Source: Lama glama (Eukaryota). Taken from it: DNA of 64,000 bases. Position numbers and translations under genes: made by a program. The notes beneath the pieces were generated by a model. It was not told the DNA's origin, did no database searches, and saw only the letters and a program-made list of their open reading frames with translations. Below are positions 27,701 to 41,400 of this stretch, in pieces; the first letter of the stretch is position 1, and the number at the start of each line of letters is the position of its first letter. The stretch spans positions 58,406,001-58,470,000 of the forward strand of contig CM052816.1 in NCBI GenBank assembly GCA_028534125.1, in the 5' to 3' direction.

Positions 27701-30700
27701 CATTTTCATCACTTCAGAAAAGAAACCCCATACCCACTTCTTTAATCCCTCATCTCCAAATTCCTAAGCAACCACTAATGTACTTTCTGCCTCTATAGAT
27801 TTTCCTATTTTAGACATTTCATATGAATGGAATCACATACTAGTGATTTTTTGGTTTCTTTCACTTAGCATAATGTTTTCAAGGTTTCAAGGTTCATAGT
27901 GAAGTATATATCAATATTTTAGACCCCTGGATGATTTAACAATATGCCATTGTATTTCAATGCTTTTTAAACGAACATTTCCTAACATATAAACAAATTT
28001 CCCTGCCTTAGTAAATTGGCTATTAGGAATATAATTTAACCTTTCCTTGCTCAATTATTATGATTAATGCTATTTAAGAAAGCATTTGGTATTAATTCAG
28101 GGATACATCCTGGAACCTGATTTTCAGAACTTAATTTCTGACATTTGTTTTTCCTAGCAGTCTGCCTTTTATCCAAAGAAATTTTTAAAATACAAAATAC
28201 ATAACTAAATGAATTTTCATGTAGTAATCAGCTGTCCTTGAACAAAATTAACTGTCCTTTTACATTCTTTTGGTTTCAACTAAAATTTAAATTCACTATC
28301 TTTACTTTAAATTTTAATTATAAGAAACAACCTCATTTTGTGTCACTATAATTTAGCTTCAACCATTCCAACTTAACTGTATAACATCCAGTATATTATT
28401 AACAATAAATAAATATAGGTTTGGAATTCCATTCATAAATGTGAACTTACAGACTCTACAATCCATTAATTCTGGGTTAACTTAATATTACTTGAAATGT
28501 TTCATATTTCTTACTTCTTTCTGATTCTGTTTCAAATGATTCAGACAGATACTATCATGAATACAAAACAGATGCAGATATAACTCTATCAGCCAATTAA
28601 GTTACTGAAAACGGAGGCAGAACAGAGAACTTTGAAGTTAAAAAGCTAGAAAACTAGACCAAGAGGCAAAAGAGTAAGGAGCTTTCACAATAAAGTAAGT
28701 TGAAGTAATATAATACGGTCCTCTACTTCATATCCATTAGGATGGCTCTTAACAAAAAAAACCAGAAAACAGAAAAAACAAGTGTTGGTGAGGTTGTGGA
28801 AAAATCAGAATCCTTGTACACTATTGATGAGAATGTAAAATGATGCAGCTGCTATGGAAAACAGCATGGTAGTTGCTCAAAAAATTAAAAATAGATTTAC
28901 AATTTACCATATGACCCAGCAATACCACTTCTACAACTGACAGACAGCAGGGATTAGAAGAGATATTTGTACATCCATGTTCATAGCAGCATTCTAATAG
29001 CCAAAAGGCAGAAGCAATTCAACTGTCCAATGACAGATGAATAAATAAAAAGTGGTACTATATATACAGAATGGAATACTATTTGGCCTTTAAAAAGAAC
29101 ATCCTGACATATGCTACAATATATATGAACTTTGAAAACATTATGCTAAGTGAAACAAGCCAGTTACAAAAAAGACAAATACTGTATGATTCTACTTATA
29201 TGAGGTACCTAGAGTAAGTGGCTGCCATAGGCTAGAGAGGAGGGAATAATGTGGAATTATTATTTAACAGATACAGAGTTCTAGTTTCTAAGATGGAAAA
29301 AGTTCTATAGATAGATGCACTTAATGCCACTGAACTGCATGCTTAAAAATAGCTAAGATGGTAAATTTTATGTTATATATATTTTACCACAATTAAAAAA
29401 AAAAAAGATCCAGCCTCAGCTGTAAAGGACATTTGTATCATAATTCATTTGTATCACTTAAAATGATGTCATAATTTTAAAGTAATACATTAAAAAAAAA
29501 AAAAAATACGTTCCTTTACCTTATCTACCAACCAGAGCTCACTCAGCCTGAGCCTATCACAAAGGCTATTATTAATAGAAAACATCTGCCAAGTTGTGTG
29601 TGTGTGCATTTTTTTTTAAATTAACCAGAAAGTAGACTAAGCAGCCTCCAGATACAAGTGAAATCAGATTTCTATCAGTATTGTTATGAACACCTTGTGC
29701 TGGGCCCTGGGCTGTAGGAGCTGAGGAAACACAAGAGATAACACAAGCCTACTTCTACTGATTCCTTAGGCTATCCATCAAGCCTCAATCAAATCACTTT
29801 AATAATATTCAAATCCTAATAATCACTAAGAGAAGAAATAACAATCCCCTAAAAGAAAAGAACAAATATGATAAAAGTTCTAAGGATTCAAAACTCACAC
29901 TACCTCTTCCATGGTTTCCTCAATTTGAGCAGAAACAGGTTCAGGAGATCTGAGACCAACAGGAACAAACACTGGAGCTTTGTTTAATTCTTCTGGAGCA
30001 AGATGATAGTTTTCTTCTTCATAGTCAGACTCAAAGTCTTCAGCATCATCTTCGTCTTCTTCCTGGGAAGCCCGAAGAGTCACCAGCACAGCCTTGGAAG
30101 CTCTAGGTTCCTTCTTAGAGGTCTTACTCCAAATTCGTTTTGACCCACGCCCTTTGGGGACATTTGGTTTCATTTTTCGACGCACTCTCCTTTCACTACG
30201 CTCTATCTCACATTCAGAGGCAGAAGAGAGAGCTGTTCTTCGATTTGAAGCAATTTTAGAGTAATTTGATTCTTTGAACTGCTGTGGACAGCTGGATGTT
30301 TAATTAAAATAATAATATAATCATTACATGCACAAGGATAATTTTAATGAAAACCCAACTTTTAGAGTGAGATCCCAATTCAAAACATAAATATAAAATG
30401 CCCACCACCCATAATGTCAAAAACTTATGCTGTGAAAAGAAGAAAGGAATTTACTGTTAATACTATTGTTTTTCATTCAGAGGTCTTAGTTATCTACTTA
30501 CAAATTTTTCTAAGTTTTCAACTCTGGGCCATTTTTTCCCTTGCTATTTAAATGGCGATGAAATATGAGACTGGAAATTATTAGAAGAAAAAGCGATAAA
30601 GAACACTGGACCAGTGAGTTCAGAATATGAGATCAAAAAGTGATAGCAGTTTATCCTATTGGGTAAACCAATCAGGTTAAAAGAAAAAAGAAGTGGGAAA

Positions 30701-33700
30701 TCTATTAGAACAATGTTTTTTAGCACTTAGGCTCCCTTCCACTTTCCCTGAAAACTGTTTAGTAAAAGAGTACCCTTCACCTGTGTTTGCAACTCCATTC
30801 GAAATAGTGCCCTAGTTACTTAGGCAATACATACTACTTTTTGGTCAGACTTCTGTTCATGTCTAATATACTCAACACCCAGAAATTTAAAACATAGGAA
30901 AGAAGAATCTTCCTGAGAAGATTAGGGAAAAATGTAAATTTTAGTAAATAAAAATCAAAAATCTGGGAAAGAAACAGATGTGTCAATTTAAAAAAATCTA
31001 CACTTCTGTTAACAAACCAGCTTTTTACTCCATCAATAAGTTAGAGTAGGACATCCATAAAGAACAAGTTATTTTTATTTCCTATTCTGAAAGTATTTGG
31101 TAAGTAAAACTTTACCTTGTTGGTTTACTGAAACACTGCTCTTCAACAACTGAACACACAGAATTATCCCCTACAGTTTTTTTTGCAACACTTCCTGATG
31201 GTCCAACTTCTGATTGAGCATCTTTTTTTGCCAAACCAGTCTCCTTGGAACCTACACAATCTTTTCTTGCTGAAACCTCCAGAGATGTCAGAAATTCAGC
31301 CTTTTCCTTAAATTTAAGAAGAAACAGCTAATATTACCATGGAAACAATCTGTATGGTAATTTGGTTTGGTAGCTTGGCCTAAAGCTCTGAGCTTACATA
31401 CATATACACAACTGACTGGTTTCTAAATTTTTATAATATTGGGAAGTCAATCAATTTTCATGAAAGTAGTTATTGTACAAATGGCAAAACTGTATTTTTT
31501 TAATGTTCTCCTTTATGATACTGATAAACAGAGCGCACTGACAGAAATTACTTTTTGTCAGGGGTAAGGGTGTAGCTCAGTGGTAGAGTGCATGCAAAGC
31601 ATACGCGAGGTCCTGGGTTTAAGCTCCAGTACCTCTATTATTTTTTTAATTTTTTAAAAAATTAATTGAATTAAAATTTTTTTTTAAGTTGGGGGGTGGG
31701 TATAGCTCAGTGGTAGAGCTCATGCTCAGCATGCATGAGGTCCTGGGTTCAATCCACAGTACCACCATTAAAAAACAAACAAAAAGCCAAACAACTCCCC
31801 TCTTCCAAAAAAAGGAGAAATTACTTTTTTTCTAACTTACTTTTTGAAGGAGATGGGTGTCAGATTCTCTATGCTGCAGCAAATTATCTTCTGGCTTTCT
31901 TGCCTGAATCTGATCTTCTCTGTCTTTTTCTATGCCTGGTTCCTCTTTCTTACCATGTGCTCTTCCCAAATTTGGCTTAGCCTTTTGGAATTGCCTTCTT
32001 ATCATTTGTGGTGGACTAGGAACACATGTTTTATGTTCATGTCTAGAATGAAATACAAATCATGTTGAAGAACCAAAATCAGAATTCCTGTTGATATAAC
32101 TTGTTAAACAATTCTGGGCACAAACCAATTCTATGTTCAAAGGACTATATATAGATAGGTAATAAAACTAAGCATATAAAATGAAACCACACATGCTGAT
32201 ACGAAAGAAAGAACATAAAAGCGTTTATAACTTCCCTTTTCTATATAGCCTGGGGAATAGTTTCACAATAATATTAATCTTTTTTCTTTCACTCATTGAT
32301 TTTGATGTGTGGTTTGCTACTTTGAGTACATTTTAGATAAATAACTAGATACAAAACAAAAATGCAGTTGAAGATAGACCTCATAATGGCACTTTAAAGA
32401 AATGCCTTCAACTGGGCTCTGAAGCGTGAACAAATATACAATGGTCACAACAACCTTGGTCCTTCTGGTTCAAGAGCAGGCTTGAAAGCCAGAGTCTATT
32501 CTCCCACCACATGCCTGTCAGCTCATAGAAAAGGGTATACCGACAGCCCGTGTCATAAAGATCTCAACATAACCCATTTGTATCTGCAAAATCAGAGAAA
32601 AACAAGGTTTTAACATTCAATACAGTAGCCATAGCTCCCAAGGCAACTCAAGCAGCTGTCTCAAGGTTTTCTGGGAAATACTGAGTAACTGGCAAGGATC
32701 TGAATTAGGAAGTTTAAAACTAATATAAATCTAGATATTTATATATAACTGAGTATGTAAGTATCTATCATGAGTTCTCTGAAAGATTTGTGTTAAAGAC
32801 TAATCATAAGTAATTTTTCTAATAAATTACCTAGAAGAGAATGTAATTAGTTACATTTCCAAATGTTTCAACCCCGCTAAGTTCTTCCAGAGTGAAACAT
32901 CAAGGAAGTTCACAGGAAGTTATAACAAGGTGATGATGCTGGTTAATACATTCCAGTGTAGGCTAATGTACTTGGGAAAACAAGTTATATTTAACTTCAA
33001 TATAAGCTACTTACAAACAAGTGTGATTCTACAAAGGTACTTAAGAATAAAACATACTGGGTGGTAGAGTGCATGCTTAGCATGCACAAGCTCCTGGGTT
33101 CAATCCCCAGTACCCTCATTAAATAAATAAAATTTTAAAAAAAAGCAGGGACCCCCTCCCAAAAAATAAAAAATTAAAAAAATGGAAAAGAATACTATAT
33201 TAAAAAAAAGAATAAAATAATACTATATATATATATATAAGCTCAATGTACTACTGAGGTTTCTATATAGGAAATCTTGAAAGTTAAATCTCGCTTATTA
33301 AAAAATAAAATTGCTTGGAACAACTGTAAGAATTTGCTAGTCTGAAAGTCGTAAAATCCTGAAAATTTCAGTTTAAAAGCTAAATTGCCAATGTTACTTT
33401 GAGCAAGCTATTTATGTCCCCTAGATCTATTTAGACAATTATAAATGAGGGCCTTAGAAAGGCTGACCTCAAAGGTCATCAGTCTTAAAGGCTCGTTTAG
33501 AGTAAAAATCAAAATCCTTACAATGGTGCTACATAATCTGCACTTCTGCCTACTCAGCCTTTTCTTTTCATGTATCAACACTTTTCCTCTTTCTGTTTCA
33601 CACTGGTCCCCTCTGCTGTTCCTCAAACATGCCAGACATGCTTTTGCCTTAAGTCCTTTTCAGCTGCTGTTTCCTCTTCCCCTAGACATCCCTTGACTTG

Positions 33701-35381
33701 CTCCTTCACTTCTTTTAGGTATTCTCTCCAATGAGACCCTTTCAAGGAAGCATTCTCTGATCTCTCTGCTAATTAAAATTAAATTTAAAGACTGATATTT
33801 GTCTTAAAATAAAAACAATATGAAAAGACTTTTTCAAGACACCTATACATACACAAAGGGAAACAAAAGAAACAACAGAAGTTCATGCTAAAATAATAAA
33901 CTTCATAAATAAACGCAGACTGTTTAAAGTTATGCGAAATCAATAGCACCACTTGTTCAGATAGATGACATAATGCCCAAATTCTATTCACAGAGGATGA
34001 AAAAAGGATACAATTAACATCTCTTTTGCATTTCCCCACAACCAAATTAATTCTATGTAATTAAAGGAAGGTGGAATATTCAAAGTCAACTTGTAAATGC
34101 TAAAGACATTCTAGAGGAAAATCAATAAATACTTCACTGAAACATGTCCTAGTTACAAAGACAGTGTAGTAAATTAAAATTAGATGGCCACGGACTGTAT
34201 CCAGAAAGGGAAAGATTTTTAAAATTTTCCTTACACACTAAAAAGAAGAAACTAACACATTCTAATTTAGTATCAGTAATAATAAAGCAGATTGTAAGCT
34301 TAATAAATAAAAGTTGTGCTAAAATATCTTCAATCTTCCAGCGTCCCATTTAAAAGATACTATTCTTACAATTTAGCATGGGACACAACTCTAAATACAG
34401 CACATAGGAAGTACTTTACATCACTTCCCATTTATGAATTTTATCAATAGGTTATACATTTCTAAAGATAGAAAGAACTTAAGAAGCTCTACTATACTAG
34501 TTTTAAAAGAATAATGAGGATGCTTGCCAAACTTCTCAGAGAAATTATAAATTAAGAGAACATCAGTCAAAAAATTATAACAATAATAATAATGACACAA
34601 ATGAACTAATTATTATTTTGATTTCTTGAGTACCTGTAAGCACATTTGACTGCCCTTTATGATTAGATTACCGTATTCTGTTGATTCTTATTTTGTAGTT
34701 GGCTTTATTCCTTCGATAACTATGAAAGTTTAAAAAGCTAAAGATCTAATCAGTTATTAGAAACAATAGTTAGTACATATATGTAAACTAAAAAAAAGTG
34801 CAGTATACTGTATATATGAATTTACATGCAATATAATCTGTATGAACAGTCGAACTGTAGTAATTCTACCTAATAAAACTGGAAAAGGAGGAAAAAAAAG
34901 AGAATATCAGTCATGCAATTATTACAGTATAAGAAGAAACAGATTTAAAATATTCCACATTCATATTTTATCCTTTCATAAAACTTATTAAATGTGAAAT
35001 TATATAAAATCAATTATTCAAATATCCAAACTTTATCTTTGAAAAGTTTTATACTTTTCTTATTAAAAGCAAACAAACTCACCTCTGACAATGAGTGTGT
35101 ATATGTCCATGAATGACTAAAAAATTGTGCTGAACACTGGAATTTGACACAACATTGTAAAATGATTATAAATCAATAAAAAATGTTAAAAAAAAAAAAA
35201 GCAAACTCACCTCATCTTTTCATCTAAAACTTTTATTCTGTCAACAGGAAGGTTTTCTAAAGGAACCACGTGACTCTGGTTTTCATACATTCTGCCTTCT
35301 GAAACTTCGGAGGATAAAATTTCAATTTCAGTTGCAATTTGAGAATTTGGCTGAAACGACAAACCTATATTAGTCTTTTTG

Positions 35382-35413
<32 letters not shown>

Positions 35414-38400
35414 CAATGGAACATACCTCTTAAAATCTATCAATCATTAAGAAAGGTATTTAGTTTTTTTAAAATGAAGTCTCAAATTTGAGTTATGTAA
35501 TGTTCAAGTTTTGCTGCCCAAAACAAAATTGCCTAATTCAGAGAGAAAGTTTCAAAGATTATTGCAGCAATATGTTTTTATAATGATTTAAAAACTGTAA
35601 CAGCTATCTGTTGTGAATCCCCTCAAAAAAGTTCAATGCTTGTAGAACGGATAAACAAGATTACACTGTATAGCACAGGGAAATATACACAAAATGTTAT
35701 GATAAATCACAGAGAAAAAAATGTGACAATGAGTGTGTATATGTCCATGAATGACTGAAAAATTGTGCTGAACACTGGAATTTGACACAACACTGTAAAA
35801 TGGTTATAAATCAATAAAAAATGTTAAAAAAAAAAGTTCAATGCGTTTTTTTTTAAAAAGAATACTTAGGAGGAGGATTTCAAATAAAGATTACAATCAT
35901 TTTAATTTAAATATAGATTTTCCCTTGGTAAAGAAAGAGAGAAAAATAAGAGCTGTTAAAACAGGCATTAAACTACTTAGATTTGCTTCTAATATCAAAA
36001 GATTCATCAATAAGAGATTGGTTAAACTGTCATTCAGAACAGCAGAATGTTATGTAGCAGTTAAAAATGATGTAACTCCAAAAATACTTCTTTACGTGGA
36101 AAGCCTCTTAATATAATAAGTTAAAAACAGTTAAATCATAAAGTAATATGTATACAATGATTTTATTATTTAAATTTACACAGGTACACACACATACATG
36201 CATGGAGATGTATCCAGTAGGATATGTCAAAAATTTCTCAGTAGTTATCTCAGAGTGATGAGACTCGGGATAGTTATTATATTATTTTGAATTGACTGAA
36301 CATTTTCACAATGAATAGTCAGTTCATTAGTTAGGGGGAGAAAAACAGTCTATCTTCATTAAAAAGAAAAAATCCACAATGGTAAATCTGAAACAAAACT
36401 GGACATGTTATGTACTCATTGAGTAAATATTAGATGCCTATATTCTAAGTCAAGTCTGAGCTACCATTTGATATTTTAATTTGCATTTAAAGGCTTGATT
36501 TAATTACACAGCAGTAACTCACCAGAGTTAGAAATTTCTTTTTAGTTTCATCTTTTTGTAATGTTCTTTCTTCTTTAATTGTGTCTTTGGCTTCACATTT
36601 TTCTATTATTTGCTTCTGTCCAACCTTTCTTAAGTTTGGTCTTGGTCTCTGAAGTCGGCCCCTTACTGGTCGAGCAGTTTGGATAACACTTTCCTTCATT
36701 TCTTGTTGGAAAGTGTTTTTATTCTGAGTCCTAGAAAAGGGGACAGGAAGAAAGAGAGAAAGCTTGACTGTAAAAAAATGAAAACTACTGTAAAAATATA
36801 AAATTTGAATCTAATAAACTCTATGTAAAAATATTTTGCACATTAAAGGAAAATTAAGTTACTTTCTGATTATAAGTCTATCTTACATTAAAAAAGTTAT
36901 TTCCATTCTCAAAAGGTAATGAACTTATATGAGGCACCTACATGTTCAAATTCATAGCAAGAGAAAGCACAATGGTGGCTGCCAGGGACTGGAGGAAGAG
37001 GAGAATGGGAAATTATTGTTTAATGAATACAGAGTTTCAGTTTGGGAAGATAAAAATGTTCTAGAGATGGTTGGTGGATTGTGCACAACAATGTGTATGT
37101 ACTTAATGCCATGGGACTGTACACTTAAAAATGGTTTAAATGGTAAATTTTATGTTTTACATATCTTACTATAATTTTTCAAAGGTAATGAATACATACC
37201 TTACATACATATATGCTTAAATATATTGTTCTGTATAAGATCTTAAGCAGTTAACATTGGACATAAGCAGGCAAGTATTAAAATCAATCTGATTTTCTAT
37301 TTTAGGCAGTCTGCCATAGGAATAAAAGTAAACCAAGTATTCTTGATACTCACTTTTAAAATATGTTAACACATTTTTTTCAAAAATGAAGAAATATTTG
37401 AAAGAATTTCCTTATTTAAGATTTTTAAAAAACTACCACTGTTTACCCCATGGAGATAACTAATTTCTTTTCCTGGGCGTGTGTAGACTGAGATTCCTCT
37501 TTACGTTCACAAGAACTTGAAGGTGAAAAGTCCTTTTCAGTCTGTAGACATGGTAGTATCACAGCTTCCTCCTGCCTGCAAACTGATTCGTCACTTTCTC
37601 TTGATGTCATTAGGGAAGCCACATCCTAGAAGGCAGATAAAAAAAAAATTCATCAAGTTATTTAAAGTATAAGGGAAAAGGAACTTTAATAAATTGTTAG
37701 AAGAATAAACATAGTCTTTGTAGAGACAACAGGGCAGTATCTATCAAAAATTTTAATTCCCAGCAATTCTACTTCTAGAAATATATCATAAAAACACTCA
37801 AATAAATATCTAGAAAATTATATATAAGGATATTTATTATAGCAATAGGCCCCCCCAAAAACTTAAAGAAAAAGAAAAGAAAAACAAAAAATTGAAAACA
37901 AGACCAATCAGTAGGGAACTGAATAAATTATAGTATCTGTACTCTTAACAGTACAGTCATTTAAAAGATTAATTTCTATATATTGATCCAAAAAAATGTT
38001 CACAATATTGTATTAAGTGAAAAAAATCAGAAGGCAAGCTATGATGCCATTTTTGTAAAGCAATGAAAATACCTGCACACTATTTCTATAAATAAGTATC
38101 TGTACAGAAAAGGTTAGACAGATATATGTAAAACTGCTACAGGATCAACCTGGGAGGGAGAGATGGGCCATTATAAAGGACTCTCATTTTTTAGATGACT
38201 TATTTTTTGCAATTTGAAATTTTTATAATCAGTTAAAATAATCAATAAAAAGTTATTTATCTTCTTTAAATATAAGATTAAGAGGAAAAAGTACAAATGT
38301 TCAAGCATAGTAAGAACTAAGCTAAGATGTAAAAGAAGAATTTTAATTCAAAAAATACATCTCAAGTTTAGAATACTCAACTTATGAGCATTAACGTTTC

Positions 38401-41400
38401 ATTTCGAGGTTTCTGATGCTGTATCACACATCTTAATCTGTTATAGATCAAGTTAATGTAAGTAAAATAATTTCCTTTAACTCATAACAAGCTTTTAACT
38501 TTTTGCCTTCACAACAGAGTGAAATAAAGACGGACTATCATTCTCATTTTCCAGTGAAGAAACTGGTTGCATCACTTGGCTATGGTCAACTATTGAATAA
38601 AGGTCAGAACTTGAACTTGAGCCCAGGCCTCTTAAAATCTTTCCCATGACACACTTGCCCATCATCAGAGATCAAGGTTCTCACACAAACCATGTGGAAC
38701 AATGAGGCACATTAAGTACAGCAATAAAAATATCACACACAGTAAAAATTATATGAGAAAATATTTGCATTATTTCAATTCCAAGTGTTTATTTTAGTAA
38801 CTATAATAACTAAAACAAATATTCTCGATCTTAAACTCACATGTTGAGAAGGGAGAACATGCGTTTGTTCACTTTTCTGCTGTATCACAACAGTCTCTGT
38901 TTTATCAGCTTCAACTTTCTTCCCAGGTGCATATTTTTCTGCTTCCGTAGTCTCTCTCTTTGAAGCTGCTCTTGCTAAGTTTGGTTTTGGTCTTTTGAAT
39001 CTACTTCTCACAAATGGTCCTGGTTTAACTTCAAATGGCTTCTGTTCTTGAGGAAGAGATTTGCTGTTGGAACAAGGATTATCAAACTTTAGGATGAAAC
39101 GAAGGGGCAGTGGGAGTGGAATCTTAGGAGAACCTTAGAGACTTGGCAGTAAATATTTAATTCTAATTCTTAACAGGAAAACAAAACTGGACTATTTGGT
39201 AGATTCTAAAAAACGTGAGTTGTAGAATCCAGGTATAAACCTAGGAATTATAACATCTTTGCACAAAGAAAATACAGGTTTGTCATACTTGTACTGATTT
39301 AGGAATATGTGTTACATATAATTTTGTATGTTAGTAATTCTCACAATCTACTGTAGAATGACCTTAAAACTCTCCCAGTCTTGATTTCAAAATTGTAGAA
39401 TAGATAAACAAGATTACACTGTATAGCACAGGGAAATATACACAAAATGTTATGATAAATCACAGAGAAAAAAATGTGACAATGAATGTGTATATGTCCA
39501 TGAATGACTGAAAAATTGTGCTGAACACTGGAATTTGACACAACACTGTAAAATGATTATGAATCAATAAAAAATGTAAAAAAAAAAAAAAAACTATGGA
39601 CCCCAAGTACAGAAAATAGAACACAGTAGTTATTCCAGGACTCTGGAAGTTCAAGATCAAAGAGTAGAATGGCTAAAACCACAGTGATAGACATAACCAT
39701 TTGTTCAAGATACCAGGGGACTTCTGGAGTTGATTTCTGGAAGTAGATGTCCACTAAGCATCAGCAAACTTTTGCTTTTCTCCTACTCATTCTTTCAAAC
39801 AAAAACAAAATCCTGCCTCCTGTCTGAGCAATTTCACAGTATTTGATTAATATGAATGTGCGGGTAAACAGTATTGAGCTGTTCAATGAAATTTCTGATC
39901 AGTGTAAAACACGGATGCTATTTATTGTCCTTGCTTTATAAGCTAACTTAATACTTTTCAGATTTTACATTTTTTGTCTTAACAATAAGACAAAACTTTT
40001 ACTAATCATTTGGTATGTTTCTGCCTTTTTTTAATTGAAGTATAGTCAGTTACAATGTGTCAGTTTCTGGTGTACAGCGCAATGTCCCAGTCATGCATGT
40101 ACATACATATATTCATATTCATAAAAAAAAAATGCTGTTTGTAACCCAAGCTAATGGAAACAAGGAAACGTATAGGCAAGGCCGACTTCCAATACCTGCC
40201 CGCACCGGGGTGCCTTCTGAAGCACTGCCCCCGGCGCCCCGCTGAGTCCGTGGCGGGGAGACAGGCTGCAACTGCGAATTTCCTTGATAGCTTCTGTCGT
40301 GACCTTAATGCACTTTGAGCAACTTTCTGGTTAGTACATTTAATTTCCTCTCTTTCACAACATAGGTCTGACCCTGACAGGATAAGCTACCACAACTGAG
40401 ATTCAATTATCACCAAATGGAGAGATTGCCCCCATCTGAGTCCCAAATGCGGTGGTTTTCCATTACTACCCACTCCCACTGATCACCATACAGGGTCTTT
40501 TTTGAAAACTATAACCTCGTAAATTCTTTGGCTAATATTAAAAATTTCTTTTATGAAGTTAATAAAATCTTATACTTAAAAAAAAAAAAAAAAACTCTCC
40601 CAGTCTTCCCCAAACCCGCTTAAAATCTCTAACACTATGCTACAGGTGATGTGTCTTAAAATGTCATTTAGTTTAACAAAATCTGCAAATATAACTATAT
40701 GCTTTCTCTTTGAAAGCACACAGATCTATATACACTTTTACCTTAAATTAATATCTGAAAACTGCTCTGGAACATCTGGACTTTGCATCCTCTGTTCTTC
40801 TATTTTACCAAGATCAGAAGCCTGCGAAGAAGTCTCCAAATGACTCAGCTGACTTTGTACTTCCTTTTCAGAATTTTTCTTCTCTTCTACAAATGTATGC
40901 ACCACGGACAGTATTTCACTGCTAATGTCCTGAAAGTAAATCAACACATACACAAGATTCCTTAAGCATTTCACAAATTTCAAACAAAATTGTCTTTTAT
41001 ATGCACACATATATTCTACACATTGTCTTTAAAAAAGCAGAAGTTTGAGGTATTTTATTTTTACATAAAAATGTTAAAACACAGGAAACTTCTGTTTATA
41101 TTGCATATTATGATTTTTCCAAACTACAAATGGCACTACTTACTCAAAAAAACTTAGAAAACTAGAAAATGTCAGAATAGCTTGACCTTCAATTAACAAG
41201 AAACTTTTAATAGAAGGAACTTTTAAAAGTGGAGTGAAGTGGGGTAGAGCAGAAAATAGGAAAACTGACACAGGTACAGTCAAAAGAAATAATTCCAATG
41301 TATGTTCTTATTAGAATTAACACAAATTCAGTCCAATTTCCTATATTCCTTTTATCTATGAGTAACTTTAAAATGACATTAAGAATAGTAACTTTGGGGA

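Noticed and set aside
35086..35829. Local tandem duplication or CRISPR-like repeats
   Set aside because: Each copy has its own distinct TSD and poly(A) tail, so they are independent retrotranspositions; there is no repeat-spacer periodicity and the DNA is mammalian.
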